36,948 nt of DNA, taken from Gemmatimonadota bacterium. Its GTDB lineage: Bacteria; Gemmatimonadota; Gemmatimonadetes; Palauibacterales; Palauibacteraceae. Location of the stretch: positions 1-36,948 of the forward strand of contig JBDHAC010000032.1 of assembly GCA_039588275.1 (NCBI GenBank), written 5' to 3'. The position numbers and the translations under genes are program-made. Position 1 is the stretch's first letter; each line of letters starts with the position of its first letter. The notes under the pieces are model-generated. The model made no database searches. It saw only the letters and a program-made list of their open reading frames with translations, and was not told the DNA's origin. Positions 8,406 through 17,961 of this stretch are shown piece after piece.

Positions 8406-10889
8406 CTACGGAACGAGCTCCGGCTCTCTCTTACGCAGGACGAACAGTCCCTCGCGCATGCTGGTCACGAGGATCACACCGCTGTCGAAGAACGGATAGT
8501 TGCTCCACGAGCCGGAGAATCCCGGCGCGTCCTCGCCCCAGGGCACCGTATCGAAGTACGCCACCTCGACAGGGTTTTCGGGGTCCGCCACGTCGATGAT
8601 CCGAAGCCCGCCCACGTAGTTGGACTGGTACATGTACCGGCCGCGCACGTACAGATTGTGATCTGACGCCGCCGTGGTGCCCATGAACTCCGTGGCCAGA
8701 ACCGGGTCGTCCAGGTCCTCGATGTCCCATACGAGCGTGCGCGTCCGATCCGTGGAGCCGACGAGCTCATCGAGCTCGTCATCGAGGAAGAAATACCGCT
8801 GGTCGGATGAGATCCAACCCTGGTGCGCGTACCCGACGTTCGGATACGACGCGCTCGACAGCGGGACCGGGTTGTCCTTGTCGGTGACATCCGCGATCCC
8901 GAGCGCCGTCTCGCTCGAGTTGAAGCAGATCTCCTTGCCGCGGTGCTCTTCGTCGGGACCTTGATACGTCAGGCATTGGGCGTCGTGCGTGTATCCGGTG
9001 CCCGCATTCCCGGTCGCCGGGTCCCCGAAGCAGCCCGCGAACGTGGGGTTCTTCGGGTCGCGCACGTCGATCATGTGCAGCGCACCACCGCACGTCTCGC
9101 CGCCCATGCTGTTGCCGACCGTGTACGCGAACCCGGTCTCCTCGTTGATCACGATGTTGTGGGCGCTCCAGATCCCGTCGTAATGGGCCGTCTCTTCGAA
9201 GGTGACGGGCGCCCCGGCGACATCGCGCAACTGGGTGAGATCGAATACCTGGACGCCGTGCGGGCCGGACCCATCGGACACGATGAAGACGTGATCGCCG
9301 TAGACCTTGAAGTCGCGCCACAGGCTAGGCTGCGCACCCTCATGTAGAGGGAGCTCGCCCAGGTACACGGGGTTCTCGGGGGCGCTCACGTCGACGAACG
9401 CGGTCGCGTCGAAGCGCCCGACGATCGCGTACTCGCGCCCTGTCTGGGAGTCCCTCCAGCCCCACAGGTCGTTGACCTGCACACCGCGCTGCCCGCCCAG
9501 CGACTCGACCGGAAGGAAGGAAACGAGATCCACGTCGGAGCACGCGAAGCCGCCCACCTCGCCGTCCTCGCACTCGAGCTCGCCGCCCACGATGGGTGTG
9601 AGGCCTCCACCCGCATCCACGATGGATCCCTGCTCCGCCCATTCGCCCGTAGACGCGTCGCGCGCGTACACGAACCCGATGCCCGCAAAGAACTCCGCCC
9701 CGGGGGCGCCTACGACGATCAAGTCCTCGCCTCCCGTCGTCGCCGCCCCATAGAATCCCATCATCCCGCGCGTCTGGGTCGACAGCGTCTGCGCTGCATC
9801 CCAACCTCCGCCCTCACCGTGCCGCATGACGTAAGCGGCCCCGCTGAGGCCCTGTGCGCCGGGTGCGCCCACCACGAGGTCGGGTCCGGCCATGGTCAGC
9901 GAGTAACCGAACAGCGTCTGGGGGCTCGCATCGGGGGGTGCGATTCGCTCAACGAGCTGCCAGACGCCGGCCGCATCAGACTCGTAGGCGTAGGCGGCGC
10001 CGGTCGCTCGATCGGCGAGCGGAGACGTAACGATCGTGGCGTCACCGTCGAGAAGCACCGAGTACCCGAACGCAAGAGCGCCGCTTTCCGGCACGAGCCG
10101 CGCCTGCTCCTCCCAGCCACCCGCACCGCCTCGCGTGAACACATAGGCGGAGCCCGCTTGATACGCGGGAGGCGCCCCGAACATGGAGAGCGCGAACGGG
10201 CCGGGTGCGCCCACGAGGGCGCGCTCGCCCGCGACGCTGATCGCGGCGCCGAAGCGGCCCCCGACGTCGCCGCCTCCCGGGCGCAGCTCCGCCGCAAGGT
10301 CCCAGCTTTCGTCGGATTCGCGCTCGAATACGTACGCCGCCCCATATCCGTCACGACCCGGCGCGCCGATTATTGCCCGAGTGCCCTGGAGCGCGATGGC
10401 CTCGCCGAAAGCGTCCCCGGGCGCCGGCAGCGACAGCGTCAAGGTGGCCCCTAACGTCCACTCGTCACCTGTGCGCTGGAAGGCGTAAACGGCGCCGCGG
10501 CCATCGTTTCGCTGGGGCGCGCCCACCAGCAGGACGTCGCCCTCCACGGCAATGGCCAGTCCGAAGCCGTCGCCGACCTCGGCCTCCGGCGCGGTGACGA
10601 GCCCCCGCTCGACCCAGCCGTCGCCACCGACGCGGAATACGTGCACGCCGCCGATCTGCGCCGCCGGGGCGGGAAACACGGGGAACTCATCCGGCCGTCC
10701 CACGAAGATCTCGTCGCCGGAGACGACCACGGCGGCGCCAAAGCCGGTGTCGGGTGAGCCCAGCGGTGATGGCGGAAGGCCAGCCTCACCCGGACGGTGC
10801 GTCTGCGCGGCGAGGGGAACGGCGAGCGCGGAAGACGCCGCCACCATAGCGGCGCCAAGGAGGACGTGACGGGTCAATTGGAAGCGCAT
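8406..10889 (-). CDS. Secreted choice-of-anchor B family protein with N-terminal FG-GAP repeats
   Basis: Signal peptide; repeated FG.AIA..G...VGAP...GAAYVF; C-terminal NDLWGW, WRDFKVY, AHNIVIN, YTHDAQC, YAHQGW, DDELDE, HNLYV, WSNYPFF motifs. Confidence 0.85.
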   Translation of the reverse strand: MRFQLTRHVLLGAAMVAASSALAVPLAAQTHRPGEAGLPPSPLGSPDTGFGAAVVVSGDEIFVGRPDEFPVFPAPAAQIGGVHVFRVGGDGWVERGLVTAPEAEVGDGFGLAIAVEGDVLLVGAPQRNDGRGAVYAFQRTGDEWTLGATLTLSLPAPGDAFGEAIALQGTRAIIGAPGRDGYGAAYVFERESDESWDLAAELRPGGGDVGGRFGAAISVAGERALVGAPGPFALSMFGAPPAYQAGSAYVFTRGGAGGWEEQARLVPESGALAFGYSVLLDGDATIVTSPLADRATGAAYAYESDAAGVWQLVERIAPPDASPQTLFGYSLTMAGPDLVVGAPGAQGLSGAAYVMRHGEGGGWDAAQTLSTQTRGMMGFYGAATTGGEDLIVVGAPGAEFFAGIGFVYARDASTGEWAEQGSIVDAGGGLTPIVGGELECEDGEVGGFACSDVDLVSFLPVESLGGQRGVQVNDLWGWRDSQTGREYAIVGRFDATAFVDVSAPENPVYLGELPLHEGAQPSLWRDFKVYGDHVFIVSDGSGPHGVQVFDLTQLRDVAGAPVTFEETAHYDGIWSAHNIVINEETGFAYTVGNSMGGETCGGALHMIDVRDPKNPTFAGCFGDPATGNAGTGYTHDAQCLTYQGPDEEHRGKEICFNSSETALGIADVTDKDNPVPLSSASYPNVGYAHQGWISSDQRYFFLDDELDELVGSTDRTRTLVWDIEDLDDPVLATEFMGTTAASDHNLYVRGRYMYQSNYVGGLRIIDVADPENPVEVAYFDTVPWGEDAPGFSGSWSNYPFFDSGVILVTSMREGLFVLRKREPELVP

Positions 10890-11234
10890 CTTGTTCTTCT
10901 CTCCTCAGCTTTGATGTGCGTAAGCCTCGTGCTCGGTCGGACACGACCGCCTGGTCGCACCCGCGGGCGAATGACGCACACGCGGATCGGGGGCGCCACG
11001 GAACGGGCAGCATGGCGCGCGACCGGATGTCGTTCGTGTAACCGGGGAAGGGCGATAGGATCCGTTGATCAGATGGGTCAACGCTTCGCACAGCCCGGCT
11101 CAGAGCTCCCCCAGGGCCAGGACGGCGCTTCCCACAGGCTGGACCACGGCCCCAATATGTGGGGTCTCGATCGCGTGGCAGGCCGCTGGGGTCTTTCAAC
11201 AACCTGCCAGGTCTCGAATCAGAACGGTCCCGGA

Positions 11235-13352
11235 ATGCCGAACCCTCCCGACGAGTCCACCCGTACCGAGCTCGCGCGCCGGCAGGCCGCACTGCTCCGT
11301 CTGTCGACCGAGATCGCGAGCGCGCAGGATGAGGCCGCCGTCTACCGATCGCTCGTCAACGGCCTCCGTGATGAGGCCCTCGGCTACAACTTCCTCGGGG
11401 CGTTCCTTCTGGACGAGGACACGGGGGACCGCGTGCTTCAGGCGAGCGTGGGCTGGGCCGACATCCCGGAGAAGCTCCGAGTCCACCACGGAGAGGGACT
11501 CAGCGAGCGAGCCATCGAGGACGGAAAGCTCCACTACACCCCAGACGTCCGTCGCGAATCCCGGTACCTCCCGAGCCTTGCCAGCGGATCGGAGCTGGAT
11601 GTCCCGTTGCGCGTGGACGGCCAGACGATCGGCGTGCTCGTCGTCGAGAGCAGCGAGCCGAACGCGTTCGGGGAGGAAGACTTCGAAATCCTGACCGCCG
11701 CCGCCAACCAGGCGAGCATCGCGATCGGCCGCGCGCGGCTGCTGGCGGCGGAGCGACGCCGCGCGGACGAGCACAAGGCGTTGCTCGACACGATGGCCGA
11801 CCTGTCGTCCGACCTCGAGCTGTCCAGGGTGCTGCAGGCCGTCCTCGCACGGGCCGTCACGCTCCTCGGCGTCACCGGCGGCGAGGTGGCGATCTGGGAC
11901 GAGGACGCCGAGGAGTTGATCGTCGTCGCGAGCGAGAACATCGGAAAGGACTCGACCGGCACGCGGCTCAAGCTCGGTGAGGGTGCCATGGGTGCCGTGG
12001 GGGAGACGCGCGAACCTCTGGTCATCCCATCGTACCATGAATGGTTGGGCCAATCCGCAAAGTACGCGGACGTGACGGTGCACTCCGTGATGGCCGCCCC
12101 GCTGCTGATCGGTCGGCGGCTCGTAGGCGCGATCGCGACACTGCACTCCGACCCGGAGCGCATCTTCGACGAGGAAGACTTGCGGTTGCTCAACCTGTTC
12201 GCCCCACAAGCGGCGATCGCGATCGAGAACGCCCGTCTGTATACCGCGGCACAGCAGCAGAAGCAGTATTTCGAGACCCTGGTCCAGAACAGCCCGGTCG
12301 CGATCGTCACCCTCGACCGTCACCACAACGTCGTCTCGTGCAACCCCACCTTCGAGACCCTGTTCGGCTACGATCAGGCCGAGGCTGTCGGTCAGCAATT
12401 GGACGCGTTGATCACGACCGAGGCCACTCGCTCCGAAGCCATCCAGTACACGGAGGAGGCGCTCGACCGCCCGGTTCACGGTTTCGGTCGCCGTCACCGG
12501 AAGGATGGGTCACCGGTCGATGTCGAGATCCTCGCGGTTCCCGTCATCCTCGAGGGTGAGCCAATGGCGTTGATGGGGTTGTACCATGACGTCACCGAGT
12601 TGCTCGAGGCCCGGCGCGACGCCGAGGCGGCGAACGTGGCCAAGAGCCAGTTCCTCGCCAGCATGAGCCATGAGCTGCGTACTCCGCTCAACGCCATCAT
12701 CGGGTACAGCGAGATGCTTCAGGAAGACGTGGAGGATCTCGGTCATGGCGAGCTCGGAGCGGATCTGGAGAAGATCCAGACCGCGGGCCGTCACCTCTTG
12801 TCCCTCATCGACGAGGTGTTGGACCTGTCCAAGATCGAGGCCGGAAAGATGGACTTCTACCTCGAAGTCTTCGACATCAACGAGATGATCGATGACGTGG
12901 TCACGACGGCCGCGCCGCTCGTGGCGAAGAACTCGAACACCCTCGAGCTTCAGGTTCCCGAGGATCTCGGCGCCATGCGGTCCGATCTGACCAAGGTGCG
13001 TCAGATGTTGCTGAACCTGCTCTCGAACGCGGGCAAGTTCACGGAGCAGGGCACGATCACGATGTCCGTGGCGCGCGATGGGGCGGAACAGGACGAGACC
13101 GTGACCTTCAGCGTGACCGACACCGGAATCGGGATGACGCCCGAGCAGATGGACAGGCTGTTCGAGGCGTTCGCGCAGGCCGAAGCGTCGACGACCAGCA
13201 AGTACGGGGGGACGGGCCTCGGCCTCGCCATCACGCGGAGATTCTGCCGCATGATGGGCGGGGACGTCGAAGCGGAAAGCACCGCGGGCGAAGGGTCGGT
13301 CTTCACGATCCGACTGCCCGTTCACGCGAGGCAGCCCACTCCGGGAGAGTAG
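11235..13352 (+). CDS. Cytoplasmic sensor histidine kinase (GAF-GAF-PAS-HisKA-HATPase)
   Basis: Two GAF domains, PAS ([11 protein letters not shown]), H-box [24 protein letters not shown]-box [23 protein letters not shown]; start probably ATG 11235 rather than 10797. Confidence 0.9.
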   Translation: MPNPPDESTRTELARRQAALLRLSTEIASAQDEAAVYRSLVNGLRDEALGYNFLGAFLLDEDTGDRVLQASVGWADIPEKLRVHHGEGLSERAIEDGKLHYTPDVRRESRYLPSLASGSELDVPLRVDGQTIGVLVVESSEPNAFGEEDFEILTAAANQASIAIGRARLLAAERRRADEHKALLDTMADLSSDLELSRVLQAVLARAVTLLGVTGGEVAIWDEDAEELIVVASENIGKDSTGTRLKLGEGAMGAVGETREPLVIPSYHEWLGQSAKYADVTVHSVMAAPLLIGRRLVGAIATLHSDPERIFDEEDLRLLNLFAPQAAIAIENARLYTAAQQQKQYFETLVQNSPVAIVTLDRHHNVVSCNPTFETLFGYDQAEAVGQQLDALITTEATRSEAIQYTEEALDRPVHGFGRRHRKDGSPVDVEILAVPVILEGEPMALMGLYHDVTELLEARRDAEAANVAKSQFLASMSHELRTPLNAIIGYSEMLQEDVEDLGHGELGADLEKIQTAGRHLLSLIDEVLDLSKIEAGKMDFYLEVFDINEMIDDVVTTAAPLVAKNSNTLELQVPEDLGAMRSDLTKVRQMLLNLLSNAGKFTEQGTITMSVARDGAEQDETVTFSVTDTGIGMTPEQMDRLFEAFAQAEASTTSKYGGTGLGLAITRRFCRMMGGDVEAESTAGEGSVFTIRLPVHARQPTPGE

Positions 13353-13468
13353 GCCGCCAACCGGAGCGTGATCCGGGCCGGGCAGGAACGCGACGGACGA
13401 ATAACCCAACGGGCACGAAAGCCGACGGGTAGGGAAGCCAGCTCGACACTTACGAGGGAGCGCCGCAG

Positions 13469-13840
13469 ATGCCGACTATCCTCCTGGTCGAAGACAACGA
13501 GATGAATCGAGACATGCTCTCGCGACGGCTGAAGCGCCGGGGGTTCGATGTCGAGATGGCGGTAGACGGCCGCGAGGGAGTCGAGATGGCTCGGACCGGC
13601 GGTTACGACCTGATCCTGATGGACATGAGCTTGCCCGAGATCGACGGCTGGGAGGCCACCCGCCAGCTTCGCGCCTCGCGGCAAACCGAGAAGATCCCGA
13701 TCATCGCGCTGACCGCGCACGCCATGGCCGGGGACCGAGAGAAAGCCCTGGAAGCGGGGTGCGACGAGTACGACACGAAGCCGATAGAGCTCGATCGACT
13801 GCTCTCGAAGATCAACGCGCTCCTGAACGCCAGCACGTGA
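13469..13840 (+). CDS. Single-domain response regulator (DivK/CheY-like)
   Basis: ILLVEDNEMN, DLILMDMSLP, IIALTAHAM, DEYDTKPI; GGGAG RBS. Confidence 0.92.
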   Translation: MPTILLVEDNEMNRDMLSRRLKRRGFDVEMAVDGREGVEMARTGGYDLILMDMSLPEIDGWEATRQLRASRQTEKIPIIALTAHAMAGDREKALEAGCDEYDTKPIELDRLLSKINALLNAST

Positions 13841-15777
13841 ACGGGGTGCCATTCCCCGACGCGCCGCTCACATCAGATGCGGCGAAGCAACTCCGCCATG
13901 AGCTGCGCACGCCCGTCAACCACATCGTCGGGTACGCCGAGATGCTGCTCGAGGATGCCGTGGATCCCTCCCTGGCCGATCGCCGCACCGCGCTCCAGCA
14001 GACGATCGACGCGGCGAGGGAAGTGTTGACGCTGATCAACGCGACCCTGCCATCCACGCGGACGGAGATACCGGTCTCCGACGTCGTCTCGCTGTACACC
14101 TCCCTGCGCGGACCTCAAGAACGGATCGTGAGGGCGATCGGCCGACTGAGGCGCGCGTCGGGGCCGGCAGCTGATCCCGAGCTCGAAGCGGACCTGGATC
14201 GCATCCTCCGGGCGGCCGAGCGCCTGGTGCCGGACGCAGCCGACGACGAGCAGCGAGGCGTACGTGGGACGGGGACCCCCGCCGACGAGGGCGGCGACGG
14301 CAGGACGACTACTCGGCTACTCGTCGTAGACGATGATCCCGACAATCGCGAAGTGCTCCGGCGCCGGCTCGAACGCGAAGGCCACCGCGCCGAATGCGCG
14401 GAGGATGGGGATCGCGCGCTCGAGATGGTGGCCGAGCAGCAGTTCGATCTCGTCTTGTTGGATGTCATGATGCCCGGGAAGGACGGGTACGAGGTACTCG
14501 AGGAGCTCAAGGGGTCCCCCGAGACCCGTGACATCCCCGTGATCATGATCTCCGCGCTGGACGATATACGGAGCGTCGTCCGCTGCATCGAAGGAGGTGC
14601 GGAGGACTATCTGCCGAAGCCGTTCGATCCAATCCTGCTCCGCGCTCGCATCAACGCGTCGCTGGAAAAGAAGCACCTCCGCGATCAGGAGATCGAATAC
14701 CTGAGGCAGGTCGAGCTGGTGGCGGACGCCGCAGCTGCGGTGGAGGCAGGTGAGTACAGATCTGGCTCGCTGTCGAGCGTGGGGCGCCGGGCCGACGAGC
14801 TGGGACGCCTCGCGCGCGTGTTCGACGGGATGGCGGAGCAGGTCCGGGCTCGCGAGGGTCGCCTCCGGGATCAGGTGCGGGAGCTTCGCGAGGAAATCGA
14901 CGCGGCTCGATCGGAATCCCCGAGGGACGAAGCCGTGGGTGGAGAGATCACGCTCGCGGCGGGGGAGAGATTCGCGGACCGCTACGAGATCGTGGGGGCC
15001 GTGGGCTATGGGGCGATGGGGACCGTCTATCGGGCCCACGACCTGGAGCTCGAGGAGGATGTCGCGATCAAGACGCTCCGGTCGGAATTCGTCTCAAACC
15101 CGGATTCGGTAGAGCGTTTCAAGGGCGAGATCCGGCTGGCGCGCCGTATCTCCCACCCGAACGTGGTGCGTACGCACGACTTCGGCGAAGCGGCGGGTGT
15201 CTACTACCTGACCATGGAGTACGTCGAGGGACTGACTCTCCACCAGCTAATCGAGAGCCGGGGGGTGCTGGGCGTCGCCGCCGTGCTGGCGATCGGCGCT
15301 CAGCTTGCGGAGTCGCTGGCCGTGGCGCATGAGCAGGGCGTCATCCACCGCGACATCAAGCCCGGCAACCTGCTTCTCGACGCCGCCGGGGTGCTGAAGG
15401 TGATGGACTTCGGTGTCGCCAGGCTGGCCGAGGGGACGACGACACTGACCCAGGCCGGCTCGATCGTCGGAACGCCCGCGTACATGTCACCCGAGCAGCT
15501 GCTGGGCGAGGCGGCAGACGCGAGGAGCGACCTCTATTCGGTCGGTGTCGTGCTGTACGAGTGTCTCACCGGGCAGCTGCCCCTGGATGCTGCTTCGACC
15601 ATCTCCCTGATCGCGAAGGTGCTGAACGTCGAACCGCGACCGGTGTCGGAGCTGAACGACGAAGTCCCGGAGGCCCTGTCGGCCCTCATCGCCCGGCTGC
15701 TCGAAAAGAGCGCGGATGCGAGGGTCTCGGATGCCGCCCTGCTCGGTGAGGAGCTGAGCCGCCTGTCCTTATTCTAG
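13837..15777 (+). CDS. Hybrid protein: HisKA-like + receiver + HAMP-like linker + Ser/Thr protein kinase
   Basis: LRHELRTPVNHIVGYAEML; LLVVDDD..DLVLLDVMMP..DYLPKPF; DELGRLARVFDGM; GYGAMGTVY, VAIK, HRDIKPGN, DFG, GTPAYMSPE; GTGA overlap with upstream RR stop. Confidence 0.9.
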   Translation: MNGVPFPDAPLTSDAAKQLRHELRTPVNHIVGYAEMLLEDAVDPSLADRRTALQQTIDAAREVLTLINATLPSTRTEIPVSDVVSLYTSLRGPQERIVRAIGRLRRASGPAADPELEADLDRILRAAERLVPDAADDEQRGVRGTGTPADEGGDGRTTTRLLVVDDDPDNREVLRRRLEREGHRAECAEDGDRALEMVAEQQFDLVLLDVMMPGKDGYEVLEELKGSPETRDIPVIMISALDDIRSVVRCIEGGAEDYLPKPFDPILLRARINASLEKKHLRDQEIEYLRQVELVADAAAAVEAGEYRSGSLSSVGRRADELGRLARVFDGMAEQVRAREGRLRDQVRELREEIDAARSESPRDEAVGGEITLAAGERFADRYEIVGAVGYGAMGTVYRAHDLELEEDVAIKTLRSEFVSNPDSVERFKGEIRLARRISHPNVVRTHDFGEAAGVYYLTMEYVEGLTLHQLIESRGVLGVAAVLAIGAQLAESLAVAHEQGVIHRDIKPGNLLLDAAGVLKVMDFGVARLAEGTTTLTQAGSIVGTPAYMSPEQLLGEAADARSDLYSVGVVLYECLTGQLPLDAASTISLIAKVLNVEPRPVSELNDEVPEALSALIARLLEKSADARVSDAALLGEELSRLSLF

Positions 15778-15843
15778 GATCGGTGTTGCGGTGTGATGGG
15801 GTGGTGCCGCACGCGCGGTCGAAGGCGAAGCGTGAGCGCACGA

Positions 15844-17856
15844 TCAAGGAATGCGAACGACCTCGCGGCATTTGGCCGGCGTCCGACACTCTAACAGACG
15901 CCGGAGGCTCTCGTCGTAGTGGATGGCGAATCCTCCGAACGCGGGGGAGTCGCCGAACTCGAACCCCGTTTCGTCCATGATTCGCTGCAGCGCTTCGAGA
16001 CCCAGACGCGCGAAGGTGAGCTTGTCCGCGGGAACGGGAACTCGACGCACGACTTTCCACCATATGCGGCCATCCGCGGGAGCACCTCGGCCCGTATCGG
16101 GTCCGGCGACGCGCGCGGCGGAGTCGGGTTCCGGCACGCGCTCCAGCGTCATGCGGGTGGAATCGCCGATCACTTCGGCGACGATGTACTCTCCGGGGTC
16201 GGCCGGCGGTCCGCGCTCCGGGGTCCCCCGCAGGTAGAGCAGATCCTCGTCGGGGAGCGGACCCGTCTCGAGCCCGATCCACAGCTTCTTCCCCACGCTC
16301 GCCGCGTACTCGAGCTCGTCCCGCGCGTGACGGATGGTGCCGTCCGCCCCGTACGCCGTGGTCCGGTAGTCCATCACCGTCACCTCGTCGACGAGGTCGA
16401 TCAGGTGCTCGCTAGCGGGCTTTCGGACGCCCTCGTACGCGACCTGCACGGGCTCGTAGGATTCCTCGTCGGGCGCATCGTACCAGAACGGGATGTCAAG
16501 GCCGTACGTGAGCCCTGCTTCCCGCAGGCGTCTGGCGGCCTCGGCGACCAGCTCCAGGTAGTCGAGGAGGATCTGATCGCGCCGGGAGCCGTGGAAGCCC
16601 GCGAGCAGGTACGGCTCGATGTTGTGGTGCAGCCCGTCGAAGCGCGCATCGGGTGGCGCATTCTTGTTGTGCCTGACTACCCGATCCACGATGCTCAGAA
16701 CCGCCGGGTGGTGCTTTGCGAGGGCATAGCTCCGGAATCCATCCAGGGCGTACACCTCGAGGCCGGCATCGCGGAGCCCCCGGAGCAGGTCACGAAACGC
16801 CTCTCTTTCCCACGTGTCCCCGCCCAGGTGACCCGTCTCACCCGGCAGACCCGGGAGCTGCAGGAACACTCGGTCGAAGCCCTGCGCCTCGAGGAACTCG
16901 GCCAGGCTGGTTCTCGCGGCCCGATCGGCCAGCAAAGGTGTGGTGTTCCACACCCACGTGGCCTTGGGCGCATCATCCGATGTGTACGGCGTCGAATCCG
17001 GACCGCCGAGCGCGGGTAGGTCGTCGGGCGTGATCGAGAGCGCCACCTGACGGATGTAGACCGTCGCGCCGCCCTCCACGGCACCCTCGAACACGATGGA
17101 AGCGAGCGCGGAGCGCACCAGTGGGGGAGGCAGGCGGAGCAGCGGAATGACCGCTCGCTGCCACTCCGTCTCGATGCGACCCGCGGGCACGAAATCGCCC
17201 AGCCGCCCGATAGCGAGAGCATCTTCTTTGAGCTCCCACTCGACGTCCGCGATCTTGAGCAGCAGCTCTTCGCCACCGGCCTCGCCGCGAACCCAGAAGC
17301 TCAAGACGCCGAAGGGGCTCGCATCCAGATACTCGCGGCGGTCGGGACGTCGGCTGAAGTCGAACAGGTGGACCCACATCCCACAGAATCCCTCCGCCTC
17401 GCGGCGGAGCGACAGCTTCAGCGAGCGACGGCCGTCCGGAGAGGCCGCCAGCGTGACGTCGGAACGGGATGGGGAGCTCTGGAAGGCATTGAAGTAGCCC
17501 CCCAGTCGGTTCCGGTTGCCATCGCCAGGCCCGTGCACGGTGAGCGTGTTCCCCTCGAAAGAAGGTACCGAGCCGGCCGCACTCGGCTGAAATCGGGGAG
17601 GGTCGTGGGCGGAGAGCTTGTAGGGGATGAGTCTCGGCCCGGTGGCCTCGTGGATCAGCGCGATGAGCCCGAACCGGAGGGCGGATGGCTCGGGCACCCC
17701 CCAATCGTCCAACGCCGTGGTGAGGAACGGATCGTTGCCTTCCTGCGCCGCGACCCGGTGCGCGCCGGCCAGGATGATGGACGCGCCCGCGAAGGCGACC
17801 CACAGGCCGACACGGCGCGGTTGGTTGAATGTTCGATGAGGTCCGTGAGGCTGCAC
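15844..17856 (-). CDS. Exported two-domain hypothetical protein (CIA30/CBM-like domain + glycoside-hydrolase-like barrel)
   Basis: GTG 17856 with GGAGG; signal-like segment; LDASPFGVLSFWVRG..WQRAVIPL; ATWVW..FDGLHHNIEPY..DIPFWYD..VMDYR..IGLET..GFAIH. Confidence 0.6.
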   Translation of the reverse strand: MQPHGPHRTFNQPRRVGLWVAFAGASIILAGAHRVAAQEGNDPFLTTALDDWGVPEPSALRFGLIALIHEATGPRLIPYKLSAHDPPRFQPSAAGSVPSFEGNTLTVHGPGDGNRNRLGGYFNAFQSSPSRSDVTLAASPDGRRSLKLSLRREAEGFCGMWVHLFDFSRRPDRREYLDASPFGVLSFWVRGEAGGEELLLKIADVEWELKEDALAIGRLGDFVPAGRIETEWQRAVIPLLRLPPPLVRSALASIVFEGAVEGGATVYIRQVALSITPDDLPALGGPDSTPYTSDDAPKATWVWNTTPLLADRAARTSLAEFLEAQGFDRVFLQLPGLPGETGHLGGDTWEREAFRDLLRGLRDAGLEVYALDGFRSYALAKHHPAVLSIVDRVVRHNKNAPPDARFDGLHHNIEPYLLAGFHGSRRDQILLDYLELVAEAARRLREAGLTYGLDIPFWYDAPDEESYEPVQVAYEGVRKPASEHLIDLVDEVTVMDYRTTAYGADGTIRHARDELEYAASVGKKLWIGLETGPLPDEDLLYLRGTPERGPPADPGEYIVAEVIGDSTRMTLERVPEPDSAARVAGPDTGRGAPADGRIWWKVVRRVPVPADKLTFARLGLEALQRIMDETGFEFGDSPAFGGFAIHYDESLRRLLECRTPAKCREVVRIP

Positions 17857-17961
17857 CAGCCGCCACCCTCCGGAATACTCGGTCCCAACCCGCTCACACG
17901 CGTGCCAGCACAGCAAGATCCGTACTGCCGGCGGGCGATCCGGGGCGGCGGCGCCCCCGAG

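Noticed and set aside
10797..11234. 146-aa N-terminal extension of the histidine kinase
   Set aside because: Overlaps the divergent gene start and has no domain-like character; ATG 11235 directly precedes the GAF helix
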